From the human T2T-CHM13v2.0 reference genome, Homo sapiens, in the NCBI RefSeq assembly GCF_009914755.1, contig NC_060934.1: a stretch of DNA of 64,000 nt; one strand, 5' to 3'. How positions within the stretch are numbered: position 1 is the first letter of the stretch; each line of letters starts with the position of its first letter. The notes beneath the pieces were generated by a model. That model was given only the letters and a program-made list of their open reading frames with translations, was not told the origin of the DNA and made no database searches. Positions 1 to 13,939 of this stretch are shown one piece after another. The position numbers were made by a program, and so were the translations under genes.

Positions 1-1274
1 TGCAGAAAATGGAAGCAGAAGGAATACTTCCCAGTACCTTTTATGAGGCCAGAATTACTTTAACACCAAAGCCAGATTAAAATCATTACAGAAGAATAAA
101 CTAGACTCCAACATGTCTTATAATTATAGCTCAACAGAATATTAGTGAGTCAAAGCCAACAATGTATTTTTTGAAATACACTACAACCAAGTGGGATCAT
201 TTCATACCTGAAGTAAAGTATACAAAAGAATGATTCAACATTCAAATATCAATCAATGTCATCCATCATGACAACAAGCTAAGAAGAAAAATCATATGCT
301 CATATCAATAGATGCAGAAAAAACATTTGACGAACCTCACAACCATTCAAAATAAAAATTCTCAGCAAACTAGGAATAGAGGGGAACCTTTTCAACTTGA
401 TAAGAAGATATCTACCAAAAACCTACAGCTAATATCATACCTAATGGTGAGAAACTTAATGATTTTCCCTTAAGATTAGAAATGGCAAGGATGTCCTCCC
501 ATACGATTTCACTTGACATCATGCCCAAAATGCTAACTAGCACAAAAAGACAAAAAAGTGTAATTGAAAATATACAAATGGGAAAGGAAGACATAAAACT
601 GTCACATGAATGACTCTGTAGATTTAAAAAATATATATATATAAGTAACAAATGAGTATATCACGGTCACAGGGAACAATATTAACATATATAATTATTT
701 TGTATACTAGGAGTAAACAATTGGAATGTAAAATGTAAAAAAGGAATACAATTTACTATTGCACCAAAAGAATGAACTCTTTTGTTAGAACAAATCTAAC
801 AAAATATTTAAGTATCTACATGTGGAAAACTACAAAATTGATGAAAGAAATCAAATGACATTTAAATAAATGAAGAAATATTTCATGTTCAAAATCCCAG
901 CAAGTTATTTGTTAGATATCACCAGCCTGATTCAAAAGTATGAAGAAATGCAAAAAATCTAGAATTGTCCTCTAATGAAGAAGAATGAAGTTAGAAGATT
1001 CAAATCATCCAATTTCAAGATTCGCTATAAAGTTTATTGTAATCAAGACAGCGTGGTTTCAAAAACAGAATAAACACATTCATCAATGAACAGAATATGA
1101 AGCCAAGCAATAGATCCAAACACATTCACTTAATTCTTTATGTTGGCCTAAAGGTAATTCAATGAAGACACAGGCTTTTTAAACAAATTATGTTGGAACG
1201 GTTGCACACCTATTTCCAAAAAAAAAAAACCTAGACACAGACTGTACAATTTTCACAAAAATTAACTCAAAATG

Positions 1275-1487
1275 GGATATAAAAGCATAAGAATGACATA
1301 ATGGACTTTGAGGACTCAGGGGAAAAGGATGAGAAGGAAGTGAGGGATAAAAAACTGCAAATTGGGTGAAGTGTATACTGCTTGGGTGATGGGTGCACCA
1401 AAATCTCACAAATAACCACTAAAAAACTGATGTAATCAAATACCACCTGTTCTCCAATAACCTATGGAAATAAAAAATTAAAATACC
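1275..1487 (+). mobile_element. Short L1PB/L1MA-type 3' end nested in the older L1
   Basis: aatggactttgaggactcagggg...gggtgatgggtgcaccaaaatctca; 15-bp TSD AATTAACTCAAAATG at 1260-1274 and 1488-1502. Confidence 0.8.
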
Positions 1488-1829
1488 AATTAACTCAAAA
1501 TGATGCATAAACATAAATGTAAAATACAAAGGTGCAAAACTTCTGAAAGAAAATGCAGAAAATCTACCTGACCTTCTGTTTGATAAAAGTTTCTAAATAC
1601 AGCTCCAAAAGCATGATCCATTCACACTCAAAAAAAGATTCATAGGTCAGGCATTATTAAAATTAAAAATGTCTGCTCTGCAAATGGCATTTAACAGAAT
1701 AAAAATGGAAGCCCAAGAAAATGAGTAACTATTTGCAAAACACATATGTGATAAAAACACTTGACTCTAATATATACGACACTCTTAAAATTCAACAATA
1801 AGAAAACTAATGCCTCAATTAAGAAATGG

Positions 1830-2217
<388 letters not shown>

Positions 2218-3990
2218 TCAATATTATATGTCATTGTGGAAATATAAATTAAACTAGTGGCAAAACTCACTACACATCTATTGTTATTCTTAAACCCACC
2301 AAAATAGCAATGCCTGGCAGGAAAGCAGAGCCAGCAGAACTCTTGCTCATTGTTGGTGACTACAAAATGTCGCAGACACTGGAAGACAGTTAAGCAGTTT
2401 CTTATAAAACTAATCATAGTCTTCCATATGACCCAGTAGTCATGCCCCTAAGTATTGACACAACTGATCTGAAAAGTATGTTTAGACCAAACCCTGCAAG
2501 CAAGTATGTATGGCAGCTTTATTCATAATTTCCCAAGACAGAAATTAACCAATACGTCCTTCAGTACTTGAATGGATACACAGACTGTGGTTCACCATGG
2601 AATACTTCTCAACAATAAAAAGGAATGAGTCACAGAGCCTTACACAGACATGGGTGAATCTTCAGTGCTTCTTGCCAAGTGAAAGGTGCCAGTCTGAAAA
2701 GACTGCATAGTGTGCCATTCCATTTCTATGACATTCTGGAAAGGGCAAAACTATAGAGGTTGTAAAAAGATAAGACATGGTCAGAAAGAGGGCAGAGTTA
2801 GAGAATAAAAGAGTAGGTGAAGTGTGTGGGGATTTTCAGGGCAGTGAAACTTTATGGTACTGTAATGATAAGTACATGACACCACGTCGTTGTCAAAACC
2901 CACAGAAAATTACAGCTCAAAGAGTAAAACCTTGCTGCATGTAAGCTTAAAATAAATCAGTTAGGAGGTCAGGGGAGCCCAGCATAGAATACATCTGACG
3001 AAAAAGTCTTACTTAACTATATTAAAAATGCATAAAACAACCTCCCTGAAGGGGATGGAGGAAAGAGGTGCTGATCTGAGTAATTTTTGAAATGAGACTT
3101 GTCTGTAAGGGACTGTCCCTAAGTCCTGCAGTCTGGCTGATAAAGTTGATTCCCACTAGGGAAACCACTATGCATGTAAACTTATATTGAGCAGTTAAGT
3201 ATATCGATGGTAGCTGCTGCCACCCTGGTGTTCATTTCAGGAGTGGGACGTTATAGATAGTGAAGAGGAGCCAGCTACAATGATCCTTATGAGTTGAGGT
3301 GGAGGCCTCAGTATGAACTTGCACACAGCTTCATGTTATTAATTCAGTTTTGGTAAACACATGTTTATATATTAAAATATTACATTTACAGACACACGTA
3401 CATACATGGGATAGTGTACACACCTGCATTTCTGTGCTGTGTCAACTGAGAGGACCTAGAAGCAATGACCCACCAATAGCAGCCTCCATACCTAGCACCT
3501 AGATCTTGGTTTCTAATACCATCTTCCAGTGGAAGGAACCAGGACTTACTGAAGAAATGTCTGAGTCCAGGACTGGTCCAGGTAATTTACAAGATAAGCC
3601 CTAGCATCACTGTAGTGCCAGAAGGTCAGAAAGTTTAAAAACAAACAAAAGAACAACAAACCCACAATGCTATGAGTATGTTGGAAGAACCCAAGAGAGA
3701 ACTGAAAGGGCTCCCAATGGCCAGAGACGGAAAAACTTAAATAAGTAAAGTAAATAAAGCACATACTATTGGGTCATAACCCAAAATATAAAATAAATAT
3801 TTATGAATCCATACTGATATCAACAGCTGAATGAATTAACAAGTAAATATTAACAATTAACAAGAAGAATAGACATATCTCTCATGCAAAATAATTCGTA
3901 ATAATCATTGTAGATATTCTGCCATCAGAAAGTTGGAACAGGACTCCCTACTTCTTAAGTGTGGCAATGGCTACATAGTGACTTCCCTTT

Positions 3991-4223
3991 ATTTTTTATT
4001 TATTTATTTATTTTTTTTTTGAGACAGAGTCTTGCTCTGTCACCCAGGCTATAGCTGGGACTACAGGCACCCGCCACCATGCCCGGCTAATTTTTTGTAT
4101 TTTTAGTAGAGACAGGGTTTCACCGTGTCAGCCAGGATGGTCTCGATCTCCTGACTTCATGATCCGCCCGCCTCGGCCTCCCAAAGTGCTGGGGTTACAG
4201 GCCTGGGCCACCGCGTCCAGCCA
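3991..4223 (-). mobile_element. AluY-like element with ~80-nt internal deletion
   Basis: Poly-T then gagacagagtcttgctctgtcacccaggct joined directly to atagctgggactacagg; TSD TGACTTCCCTTT at 3979-3990 and 4224-4235. Confidence 0.9.
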
Positions 4224-6062
4224 TGACTTCCCTTTCTAAGAATACAGAGTGGAAAAGTGGACAAAATCGGACACTTTGTCATGGAAACCCCTGAAAAACC
4301 CTACCTTACCAGGTGTTCAAAGCTAACATCAACAGTGATATGTTAGCAATAACAGCAAATAGCCAGTACTGATGTGATAGAAATGGCATTTTACCTCTGT
4401 AATCTTATTCCCAACAATCACAACCTCAGTCTAATAATGAGAAAAAAGAAAACAACAGACAAATTCAAGTTTAGGCATATTTTGAAAAACATCTAACCAG
4501 TACTCCTTGAAACCGTCAAAAAAGGTCATTAGAAACAAAATCTGAGAAGCTGTCATAGCCAGAAGCCTAAAAAGACATAATAACTGTAACTAACATGGTG
4601 TCCTGGGTGGGGTAGGATCCTGGGACAGAAAAATTAAATAAATACATAGGTAAAAAACAAGAAAATCTAAATACATTAGGGGCTTTAGGGAATAATATGT
4701 TGATATTGCTTTATTAATTGTGACACATGCACCATACTAAGATCAGATGCTAATGACAGAAGGAGGAAACAGTGGGGGATGTGTGGAAACCCTCTAATTG
4801 TTACAATTTTTCTATAAACCTAAAGCCACTCTAAAATAAAAAGTTTATTTTAAAATACGTAATGCCCGTAATTTTTAAATGTGTAAAAATTTAATTTGTT
4901 TTAGGTGATAGTCATTTGACACTTAATATATGAAAATATTTTGCAATAAAAACAGTTATGTCACATTAAAAGTCACTGATTCATAGTTTTCTAATGAAAG
5001 AGTAGCATATTACTGTTGTTAGGAATCTTTTGTTTGAGTCCTATCACTTTGTATTGTCACACTAGGCAAAAATATCATAATCCAAGTATATATTTCTAAA
5101 ATTAAATTCCCATAACTCAAAGGAATTTAAATTTAACAATGGGTAAATCTTCCTCGGGTCTTTCCATATGGTTTTATATGACTCATCTATAAAAGAAGCC
5201 CCTAACGGACTCCTGTTCCTTATATTCGGCTTTTCTAGAACCGGCAGCAGTCTTGGATGTCACAGTGTACCTCGGCTCTGCATTCTACAAAAAAGGATAA
5301 TAGAATTGATGTGCAACAAACATTTTATTCTAATACATCTATTAAAGAGATTTGCTATGAAGCATTCAAACAATAAGTATGCAGTTTGACTGTAAGAGTT
5401 TTGCTTTTTAAACAATCATTTGAGTTTAGAATCTGGGAGAAAGGTCAGTGCATCAATAACATTGTTCTCTCTTTGGAAAAAGAGAAAAAAAAGTCCTGAG
5501 ATAACATCTAAGAATTTAGTTTTCTAAATGTCTTGGCATTTGGATTGGAGTTTTAACCTGGCATAAACATTATTACAATTGAATACATACTTGTTCCAGT
5601 GAGCATCAGATTTGGTGCTTAAGTAAGAATTATTGATGATTAGTAAATTGTTAGAATTAGATGTAATATTCTAAATCTTGTTTTAAATCCACTTTGAGAA
5701 ATATAAAATGCCATACCCTTTTCCAGCCAACAAATCAAATAAAAAAGTAATAATCATTTTAAAATTATGCTTTTCTTCTTAATTTATATTTTGCCATTTT
5801 TCTCACTTTTCTTTTAAAAAAACAACTAAACTAATATGTCTCATTAGGAATCCCTTGAGTCAAATCTCATATGAGATTAAGCCAATGTTGAGAATTCCAA
5901 GAAAGAGAATTCAAAGGTAGGCAGAAAAAGGTATTTGAAGTTAGCCGGCTAATTTGCCATATGTAGAAAAACTATAACTACCTGCTTAGATACACCTTTT
6001 TCTAAAATTGGATTTATATCTTCAACAAAATAAAATATTCTATTTACATGTGCGTTATGCTG

Positions 6063-6225
6063 TGCCTTGCTTGTCAAAATGTTTCCCATGGATCAGGCAC
6101 ATCAGCATCACAGGTAGCTGGTTAGAAATGCACTCTTGTCTCCACCTGAGATCTACTGAGTAAGAATCTACACTTAGCAAGATTTCCGGGTGGTGTGTGT
6201 GCATATGAAAGTTTGAGAAGCACTG
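6063..6225. mobile_element. MER5A-like hAT-Charlie MITE
   Basis: catcagcatcac...gttagaaatgca...tactgagtaagaatct...aaagtttgagaagcactg matches the MER5A pattern. Confidence 0.75.
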
Positions 6226-9200
6226 TTCCATACAGCCACTGTTATTTGAAACAATATTTTTACCAGTACGTGCTATATAAAATTCAAGCTAAAGTTTAAT
6301 TTGCTGTTACTGCTTTTGTTATTTATTCATTTCATCTCCTTTTCCAAAATTTTCTCCTCCCTAGCACTGCGGCAATCTGCCTCTGTAATTGGTCTCTGAC
6401 ATCTCCGTTACATCATGGCCCCAAAGAAGCCACCGTTCTTGAGGAAGCATGGGAGGTAGAAAATTATACCATTAATTTTTGCATTATTTAAGTAAGTAGT
6501 TAACAAATGACATACATATAATTTTTAAAAACAAACCACTATCCAATAACTCTATCAAGATTTCCAAAACAATTATTTCGAAGGTTAAGTTAAAGGCATT
6601 TGCATACACAGAATTTGAAGCCACCAGATAAAAAGATCTAGAAGATGTTCTCAAAAGTTTACAATATCTGAAATGCAAAGCAAGAATTTGTATTTTGACA
6701 TTGGGCTCTAATGAAAGAGATTGTGCATGTATATATGCATGCGTATTTTAAAAACCCTTATTAAGATTTTAATTTGCCATCAAGGGCAACTTGTCATACG
6801 AAGATGAAACTATTTTATGATTCATTAGCCAAGTGTGACTGAGACAGCTGAGATTAATTTAATCTTGGCTTTTATGCATTAGTATTCAAAAGGAATCTGA
6901 AGCAGAGAGCAGCACTTGGTTTTATTTTTATAATGAAGGAAATATTTTGCAGCTTCTCTGTTTTGATGATCACAATGAGCTGGTGGATTAAATGATTCTA
7001 TAGTTTAACACAAATATGGATTAAGAATGAAAGCTATTTCCATGATGTCTTGCTGTCCTTTAGACACATGCTTGAATGACACTGTTATGAGAAGCAGAAG
7101 CTGTAACATTTACTCTGGAAAACAAATGTTTACCTCAAGCAGCAACTGACATTTCTAGCTTCTTGCATGAATATCAGGCACTGCTTCAAATCACTTACCA
7201 GCCTCAGTCCTTGTATCTTGGTCTTGGGCCTCAGGCCAGTATTAGGTGAGGGGACCTGACCTGACTGAAACCAGGATGCCTTAAGCACACCAACAAGGGG
7301 CTCTCCCAAGTCTACATCCTCAACACCTGAGCCCTGATTAAGCACATCGTCACGATGATACACTGCGGTTGCCATTACTATTGATGGCATGTCTATAGAG
7401 ACCTCTGGCTAAAAAAGACCCTAGGTCTTCCTGTCAGCGGTACTTCTTTCCTCTTCTGCTGCGTGCATATAATCCATCATGACAGTAAGCAGAGCTCTTT
7501 AATTCTCTATCCCCTTTCCATTATAACAATGAAACATCCCTCTTAATCTCTTAATTGCTGCAACAACTGTATGAGTCATCATTCTGATATTTCCCCCCAT
7601 TCACCTCTCCTTCTTCTCTCGATGCAAGTCTATGGAGCCAAATTACACACATTCACACACATATTTTTTTTTTTACCATTAACAATGATTATTATTATTG
7701 GCAGTGTATCATATGTCATGCATCCCATAAGCTCCAAGTTTTTTTATTCTAGACATCCCAAGCAATTTGCAGTTAACTCTCAGCTACAATACTTTAACAT
7801 TATTAGTCTGTGTCACAAATTTAGCATTTATATTACATTGTTGTATGATTATATACACATAAGTTCTGACCCCTCAACTGAACTGTAAGTTTCTTAAAGT
7901 TAATGATTGTATCTTACTGTACATAATAGGCTCAGAATAAATATTGGAGAATTGTTTGAAAAGCCATAATGAAATATTTTCAGAAGCTGAAAAAGAACAA
8001 ATAAAAATACACATACAGAACTATAAGATACTCTACCCACACATGAAGAGAATCAGTCAAAAGCAATATTTAAGGGGAAACAAAATTTAGAGCTCTAACT
8101 CGGATCTGCAAAAATGTGACCTTATTTCTCTTTAATCTCAAGTTTCTTACATGCATCTCTATCTTTCGATAGCAGTAAAGAACCCTGCTAATAAAAGGAG
8201 AGCTTGATAATTTCTTACTTAACTCTTAGTTCTCTTAAGTAAATGATGAATTCAGGATTTCAAACTCAGTAGTTGAAAGTTGAACCTCCATTATGGGCCC
8301 CTGACCCCACATCCTTTGTTCTTTCCCTATTCCCTTTCCTATCCGTGAGGAACATGTTCACATAACGTTGTGGGAGCATCGTTATCTTTAGGCATCCATG
8401 AAATATGTTCTAATATTCTTCCACAGCAGGATTTACTAGGGATCACCTATCCAACAACATACCCTGGGGGCAGTGGAGAGAGCAGCAGTCCTCCCTAAAC
8501 ACGTGTTTAGGTCATGTGCAGTTATTTCTATAACAAAACACACTATAGAAAAACCATGAGGAAGCAAGCCCCAGAGACCGAAGACAGACTCAAGGTAATG
8601 TTTGTGTGCTCACTCTGCCAATGACAGTATTTTCCCTATCCAGCTCTACGACATGGTTTGTTGCCCCTGGTATTAGAATTTCATCACACCTGGGATTTTC
8701 CCAAGTACAACTTGATAGCTTAGCTTCTGAGACTAGAGTTCCACACAGGCATTCTGGCACACAGTGAAATCAAGCTTTAGAAGAAAGCTGCCCATGTCAC
8801 TTGACATGAAACCGAGCTGCTAGTGTGTCTTACCACCCTAGTCAGAAGCAGCTGGAGAGCATGGTTCCCAGGCCCTTCTTCTGGGGGAATGTCTGGCCTT
8901 AAAAGTGGCTAAGTGGGTCATATGATCTAATTCTGTGCAGTTGAGGATATTCAAGACCAGCTTCCTAGAGAAGTAAGAAGGGTATTATGGGAATGAACGT
9001 CTTCTTCCTCTTTGAGTTGGTAGTTGCTGAGATTGCCAGGTAGAGAAATGAAGAGTGAACAACAGAAATTATTTAGAAAATCCAGTGATCGCTGGATATA
9101 TCTGGCTGATCAGCAGGTTTCTCAGTCCAAAATTCTGAGCATCTCATGTGGCATTATCTAAACAGACACACAAAGCCAATAGGTAATGGAAATGGGTCTG

Positions 9201-10335
9201 GAAGATGACCAGCAAGTAATACCTTACCAAAAACTTTCAGTTCTGATGTTGATGAACAGTTATACACTCCTGTTCTCTCTTCCCTGGTGAGAAGGCCATT
9301 CCTAGACTGCTTCTCCACTCCACATATTAACGGCCCCTGGAAAGCCACTGTATTCATCTCTCCTGTGTGAAACCCCAACATTCAAACACTGACCATTGTT
9401 TTCAGACCAAACTGAAGTTCCGTTACACAGGTAGGCTGCTCCGTTAGCAGTCATTTGTCTACACCCTATACTTCACAGTAAGTTAATGATACAGCTCAAG
9501 AAATGCCTTTTCTGACTGTATCTTTTAATATATGGACCATATCCACCAAGTCAAACTTCAATTTCTATTTCCAAGTGCATATGTGCCACATTTTGGAGCA
9601 GTGAAGACATGTTAAAATGTGACTGAGAGGTTAAGTATGGCTAAAAAAATTAATCTTCTACTTTTTTCCTTGTTTCTTATTGAAATGGATTCCGTAAATA
9701 TTAGTTGGAGAGGTAATTGCTTACTACAGTTAGAAATAAGACAATAAGTAGTTTAGGGAAAGTAATTATATTTATATAGCCTTTGCTTAGATTTCAAAAA
9801 TTATATGTTTTATAGTTATGACTTTAGAATACAACTGCCTGCATCCTGTTTAGCTCAACGTCCAGATAACACCAGCAAAATGGGTTCTCCTTCATCAGTC
9901 TATTGGTAGCTCTCTCTTTTTCTTTAATGTATTCTTAAATACAGCATTGGAATTTCATAAGGACAATATTCTAGGAATGCCCCAAAGAAATATGTGCAAT
10001 CTGACCTAACATCACATCTTTCGTGAATGACTTGGAAAAGGTAATGTTGTGACTGGTTCATTGTAATTCAGCACATTTAACCTACAGTTACAACAATCAT
10101 TATTCCCAAAAATGTGTAAGATAGCCAGGGTATCAGAGAGTCTGTCCAGCCTGTTCCCTTAGCTACTGATACCTGTCAGACCTCACATCCTGATCTGAAA
10201 TTGAAAAGTGTTACAATAACAACTACAGGTTGTCGTGTTGTTAGTTTTGTCCAGGCAAATATATGTATTTATAGCCTCTAGGATCCATGCAGGTACCATA
10301 GTCTTGTAACCTCACCCCTCTGTTCACCATTGACT

Positions 10336-10590
10336 GTGTAGAACAGTGGCTAAGACCACAGGTTATAGAGTTAGAGACTTCCTTCTGATACTTCCTGGTG
10401 GAATGACAGTGGACAATATCTGTAGTATCTGTAAAGCCTCAGTTTTATCTGCTTTCAAAATGGTAATAGTATTATCTACCTCATAAGTTGCTTATGAGGA
10501 TTAAATGAGATAATATATATAAGGCATAACTTACAGTGCCTTGTGGTTAGTAATTACTCGTGAAATGTTAGCTATCATTGCTGTCATTAT
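10336..10590 (+). mobile_element. MIR SINE
   Basis: gcctcagttttatctg...aaaatggtaata...tacctcataagttgcttatgaggattaaatgagataat core. Confidence 0.8.
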
Positions 10591-13526
10591 TTTAATATAC
10601 AACCAAGATTAACATTATGTGAGGCCCCACTGGCAGGTCAATTCCCTTCAAATATTATTTGGCTATTTCTGAGTTATTGACTCTCATCTTCATAAGAATC
10701 AGTACCTAAGGTTTTAACAAATAGAGATATTTTATTTGTATAAATAATCATCTCAAATAAATTTACTACTTGCTGTCTGAATAAATCCTGGTTTTAAAAA
10801 TGACTGCTGGAAAATTTGCGATTTATACCAATATCAATATAATAGTAACTTTCCCTAAACATCCAAAATGTTGATACTAAAAATATAACTTTTTTGCCAT
10901 TTGGAGTTTTCAAAAGCAAATCTATTTGGGTAAACGGTGGTCTAAACCTGTTTGGACCAAATAAAATCATAAAAATATTTAAACCATTTACTTCTTCAAC
11001 GAAGCACATTTGTGAATAAAACATTGGCAAATATTAAATTAGATCTCTTTATATAATTAATGACAAGAGAGAAAACTAGCAAAATGTTAAGGGAAACATT
11101 ATTTTTTATATAAATATAGAAAGCCTGAGAAATACATGTTTGGATAGAGTGAGACATTTCACTTTATGTCATAAATACCATGTTTTAATGTTTCAAAATT
11201 TCAATTTGAAAGGGGGAAATATGTAATGTTTCTGCCAACAGCACTTACATAAATTTCATGCATGCTTGGTCTATTCCTTCTAAAATGCATTTTAAAAGGA
11301 AGATTTAAAAAATACGAAAACAGCATGCTTATTATCCACAGTACCTTATTTATAGGCTTGCTCCACAAGTCACTGTGAGACCACAGCCTGGAAATGATTT
11401 TTCTTGTGCTTTTTCTTTATCTACCACAAGGAGGAAGATGTCATCAGCCATATCTATAACATGGCAAGAGGAACAAAAATTAAAAGCTGTGGCTTATGAT
11501 TAAAGGCATCCTATAAAATATGTGCTTGCTGAAACGCCATCGGCTAACTCCAAATATGTATGGAACTAAGTGTAAAGTTATGGCTGGCAAGTTGCTTTGT
11601 GTCATTTTCTTGTCGACGCTCAACATGCAAAGTAGCACCAGCACTCTGTGCAAATAGAACAGCAATGATACGGCAAAATAAGGAAGGGCTGGCTGGATTA
11701 GCAACAATGATACCAATACACTAACATACTAATGCACCTGACATTCTAATACCCAGGGGCATGAGGGCGTGGTCAAAATTCCATAGACTCTTGAATCTAC
11801 TATAAAAGCACACTAACTTAGATTACTTAAGTGGAAAATTATTTTGAATAATGTTTCAATTATAGAATACTGTAAGGATTTACACATTTATAATTTCAAG
11901 TACAGATAATCATACTGTGATATTTGTCATTGAGTTACGGTAATGTGATCAAGCTTCTACAAAAGGTGGATTAATTTCATCTTCAGCAGGCAATGCTGAC
12001 TTTCTGATCGAAGTAAAATAGCTCTTCTAACATACGCATCTGCTTTGGTGGCATAAGCCTAGAAATTATCCTTTCCTGAGTCACCAGTAATTAAAAATAG
12101 TAGAGAATATTCGGCCAAAAATAAATAGGAGGAGAATGAAAAATAATGTCTATGTGCAAATATAGTGTAGACCAAAATTGTTTTGGAGAAAAACATAAGG
12201 GATGCTTATCTAATATAAGTCTTAACACACTTCCAGGCAAGAAAGGTAATTGTAATTGGAGAGTTAAGACATCTGAATTACTGCTAGAAAGCTCATTCTG
12301 CTAAAAGTTGCATATCTAGGGGGTTACTAATATGCCAAAATTATCTTTATCATTAAGTAAGAGATGTAACAAAGAAGAAATGACGTTCAGAACTTAATAC
12401 TAGCAAGCATGGTGTTTTGAAAAACATGAAAAATGTATAAAGTAAAATAGCAAGAATACACTATACCACTTTCAAGATACATAGCAGCAATTGAACAATG
12501 TTTAAATTGATTTTTCAACAAATTTGTCACAATTCTCATTTTAATGGATTTACAGTTTTTCATCTTAAGTGTGCGCCATATATTTTCTAATCAGTTCTGT
12601 TATTTACTGCCTTATATAGCTTAATGCTTTATACATCAGCTTCTGTGCTTTGTATTTTATTGAATATGTACATGGAAAATTAATCCATGATCTTCTAATT
12701 GCCAAGTAAAAAAAGTCATGCGTCACTCTTCATACAATTGATTTCTCTGACTCATTTGACAATGTTGAGTATTTAATGACACTCTCTTCTCTTTACATAA
12801 TAACTCTTACTCATCGTATGTCTTGGAATAACTTTCAGATTTGTATTTACTAACTTCTTCTCTGCCCATTTCATTAATGTTAATAATGTCAGTATCCTAT
12901 CCTCAGTTCTTCTACTCTTATTAAATAAATTCAGTTTATACTTTGAGTCACTACCATAATCCAGAAAAGCAAAAATTAGTCAAACGTGCAGGAAAATAAT
13001 GCAGTACATGCCATTATAAATGTGTCTAGGATGATAAAAATGCTGAGAAGTGTCGATAGGGTGGCATCTATCAAGGGCAGTGAAGGCAGGTGGGAGGCAT
13101 CACGGCCCGTCTTAAGATCTTATTCGTGGGACAGTGAATGCATCTGTGCCTTGGAGACTAGCACAGCCATCTCAACAGTGAGGAAGCTCAGCCCACAGTG
13201 AACTGTGCTCTATTTACTGTACTTCCCACAGTTCAGTGTCCAAACTGAGCACTGTTGCCGTGAAGATGTCAGGGTGAACGAGGAGCCCTGTGATCTCCTG
13301 AGGTTCAAGAGAGACTTCAGAAGGTATGGAGCAGCCATTTCAGAAATGGTGGATTATATTTTATTTTCTTGTATTTTACTTATATTTTGGTTAATACTTT
13401 AACCAAACCTTTTTTGTACTACCATACACCCAGTGTTTTTGCAGTAGAGGATGTTGTAGCCAAAACTTGGACCTTTAAAAACAGACCCAAGATAGCCTAC
13501 ACCTCTGGTGTTAACAGCAGCTCTTG

Positions 13527-13829
13527 GGTAGGGCAGGGTGGCTCACGCCTGTAATCCCAGCACTTTGGGAGGCCAAGGGGGGCAGACCACTTGAGGTCAG
13601 GGGTTCAAGACCAGCCTGGCCAACATGGTGAAACCCTGTCTCTACAAAAAATACAAAAATTAGCTGGATGTAGTGGCAGGTGCCTTTAATCCTGGCTACT
13701 TGGGAGGCTGAGGCACGAGAATTACTTGAACCTGGGAGGTGGAGGTTGCAGTGAGTCAAGATTGATCACGCCACTGCACTCCAGCTTGGCGACACAGCAA
13801 GAATCTGTCAAAAAAAAAAAAAAAAAAAG
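13527..13829 (+). mobile_element. AluS
   Basis: Full dimer with poly-A; TSD AACAGCAGCTCT at 13513-13524 and 13830-13841. Confidence 0.95.
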
Positions 13830-13939
13830 AACAGCAGCTCTCATACATATAATAGAATTCTTTAACAGTAAAATATCTTCTATATTTCAATAGATGTATT
13901 TTGCTCTAGAAATTATGAAATGATATCATAAGATAACCC

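Noticed and set aside
1275-1487. Two L1PB/MA 3' fragments (here and 50410-50713) truncated at nearly the same position, both inside older L1s
   Set aside because: The copies are diverged from each other and have separate flanks; short 3' truncations into AT-rich L1 DNA are common, so coincidence is likely.
8560-8600. Donor-like CAAG|GTAATG suggesting a lncRNA exon
   Set aside because: An isolated splice-like motif with no partner exon or transcript evidence.
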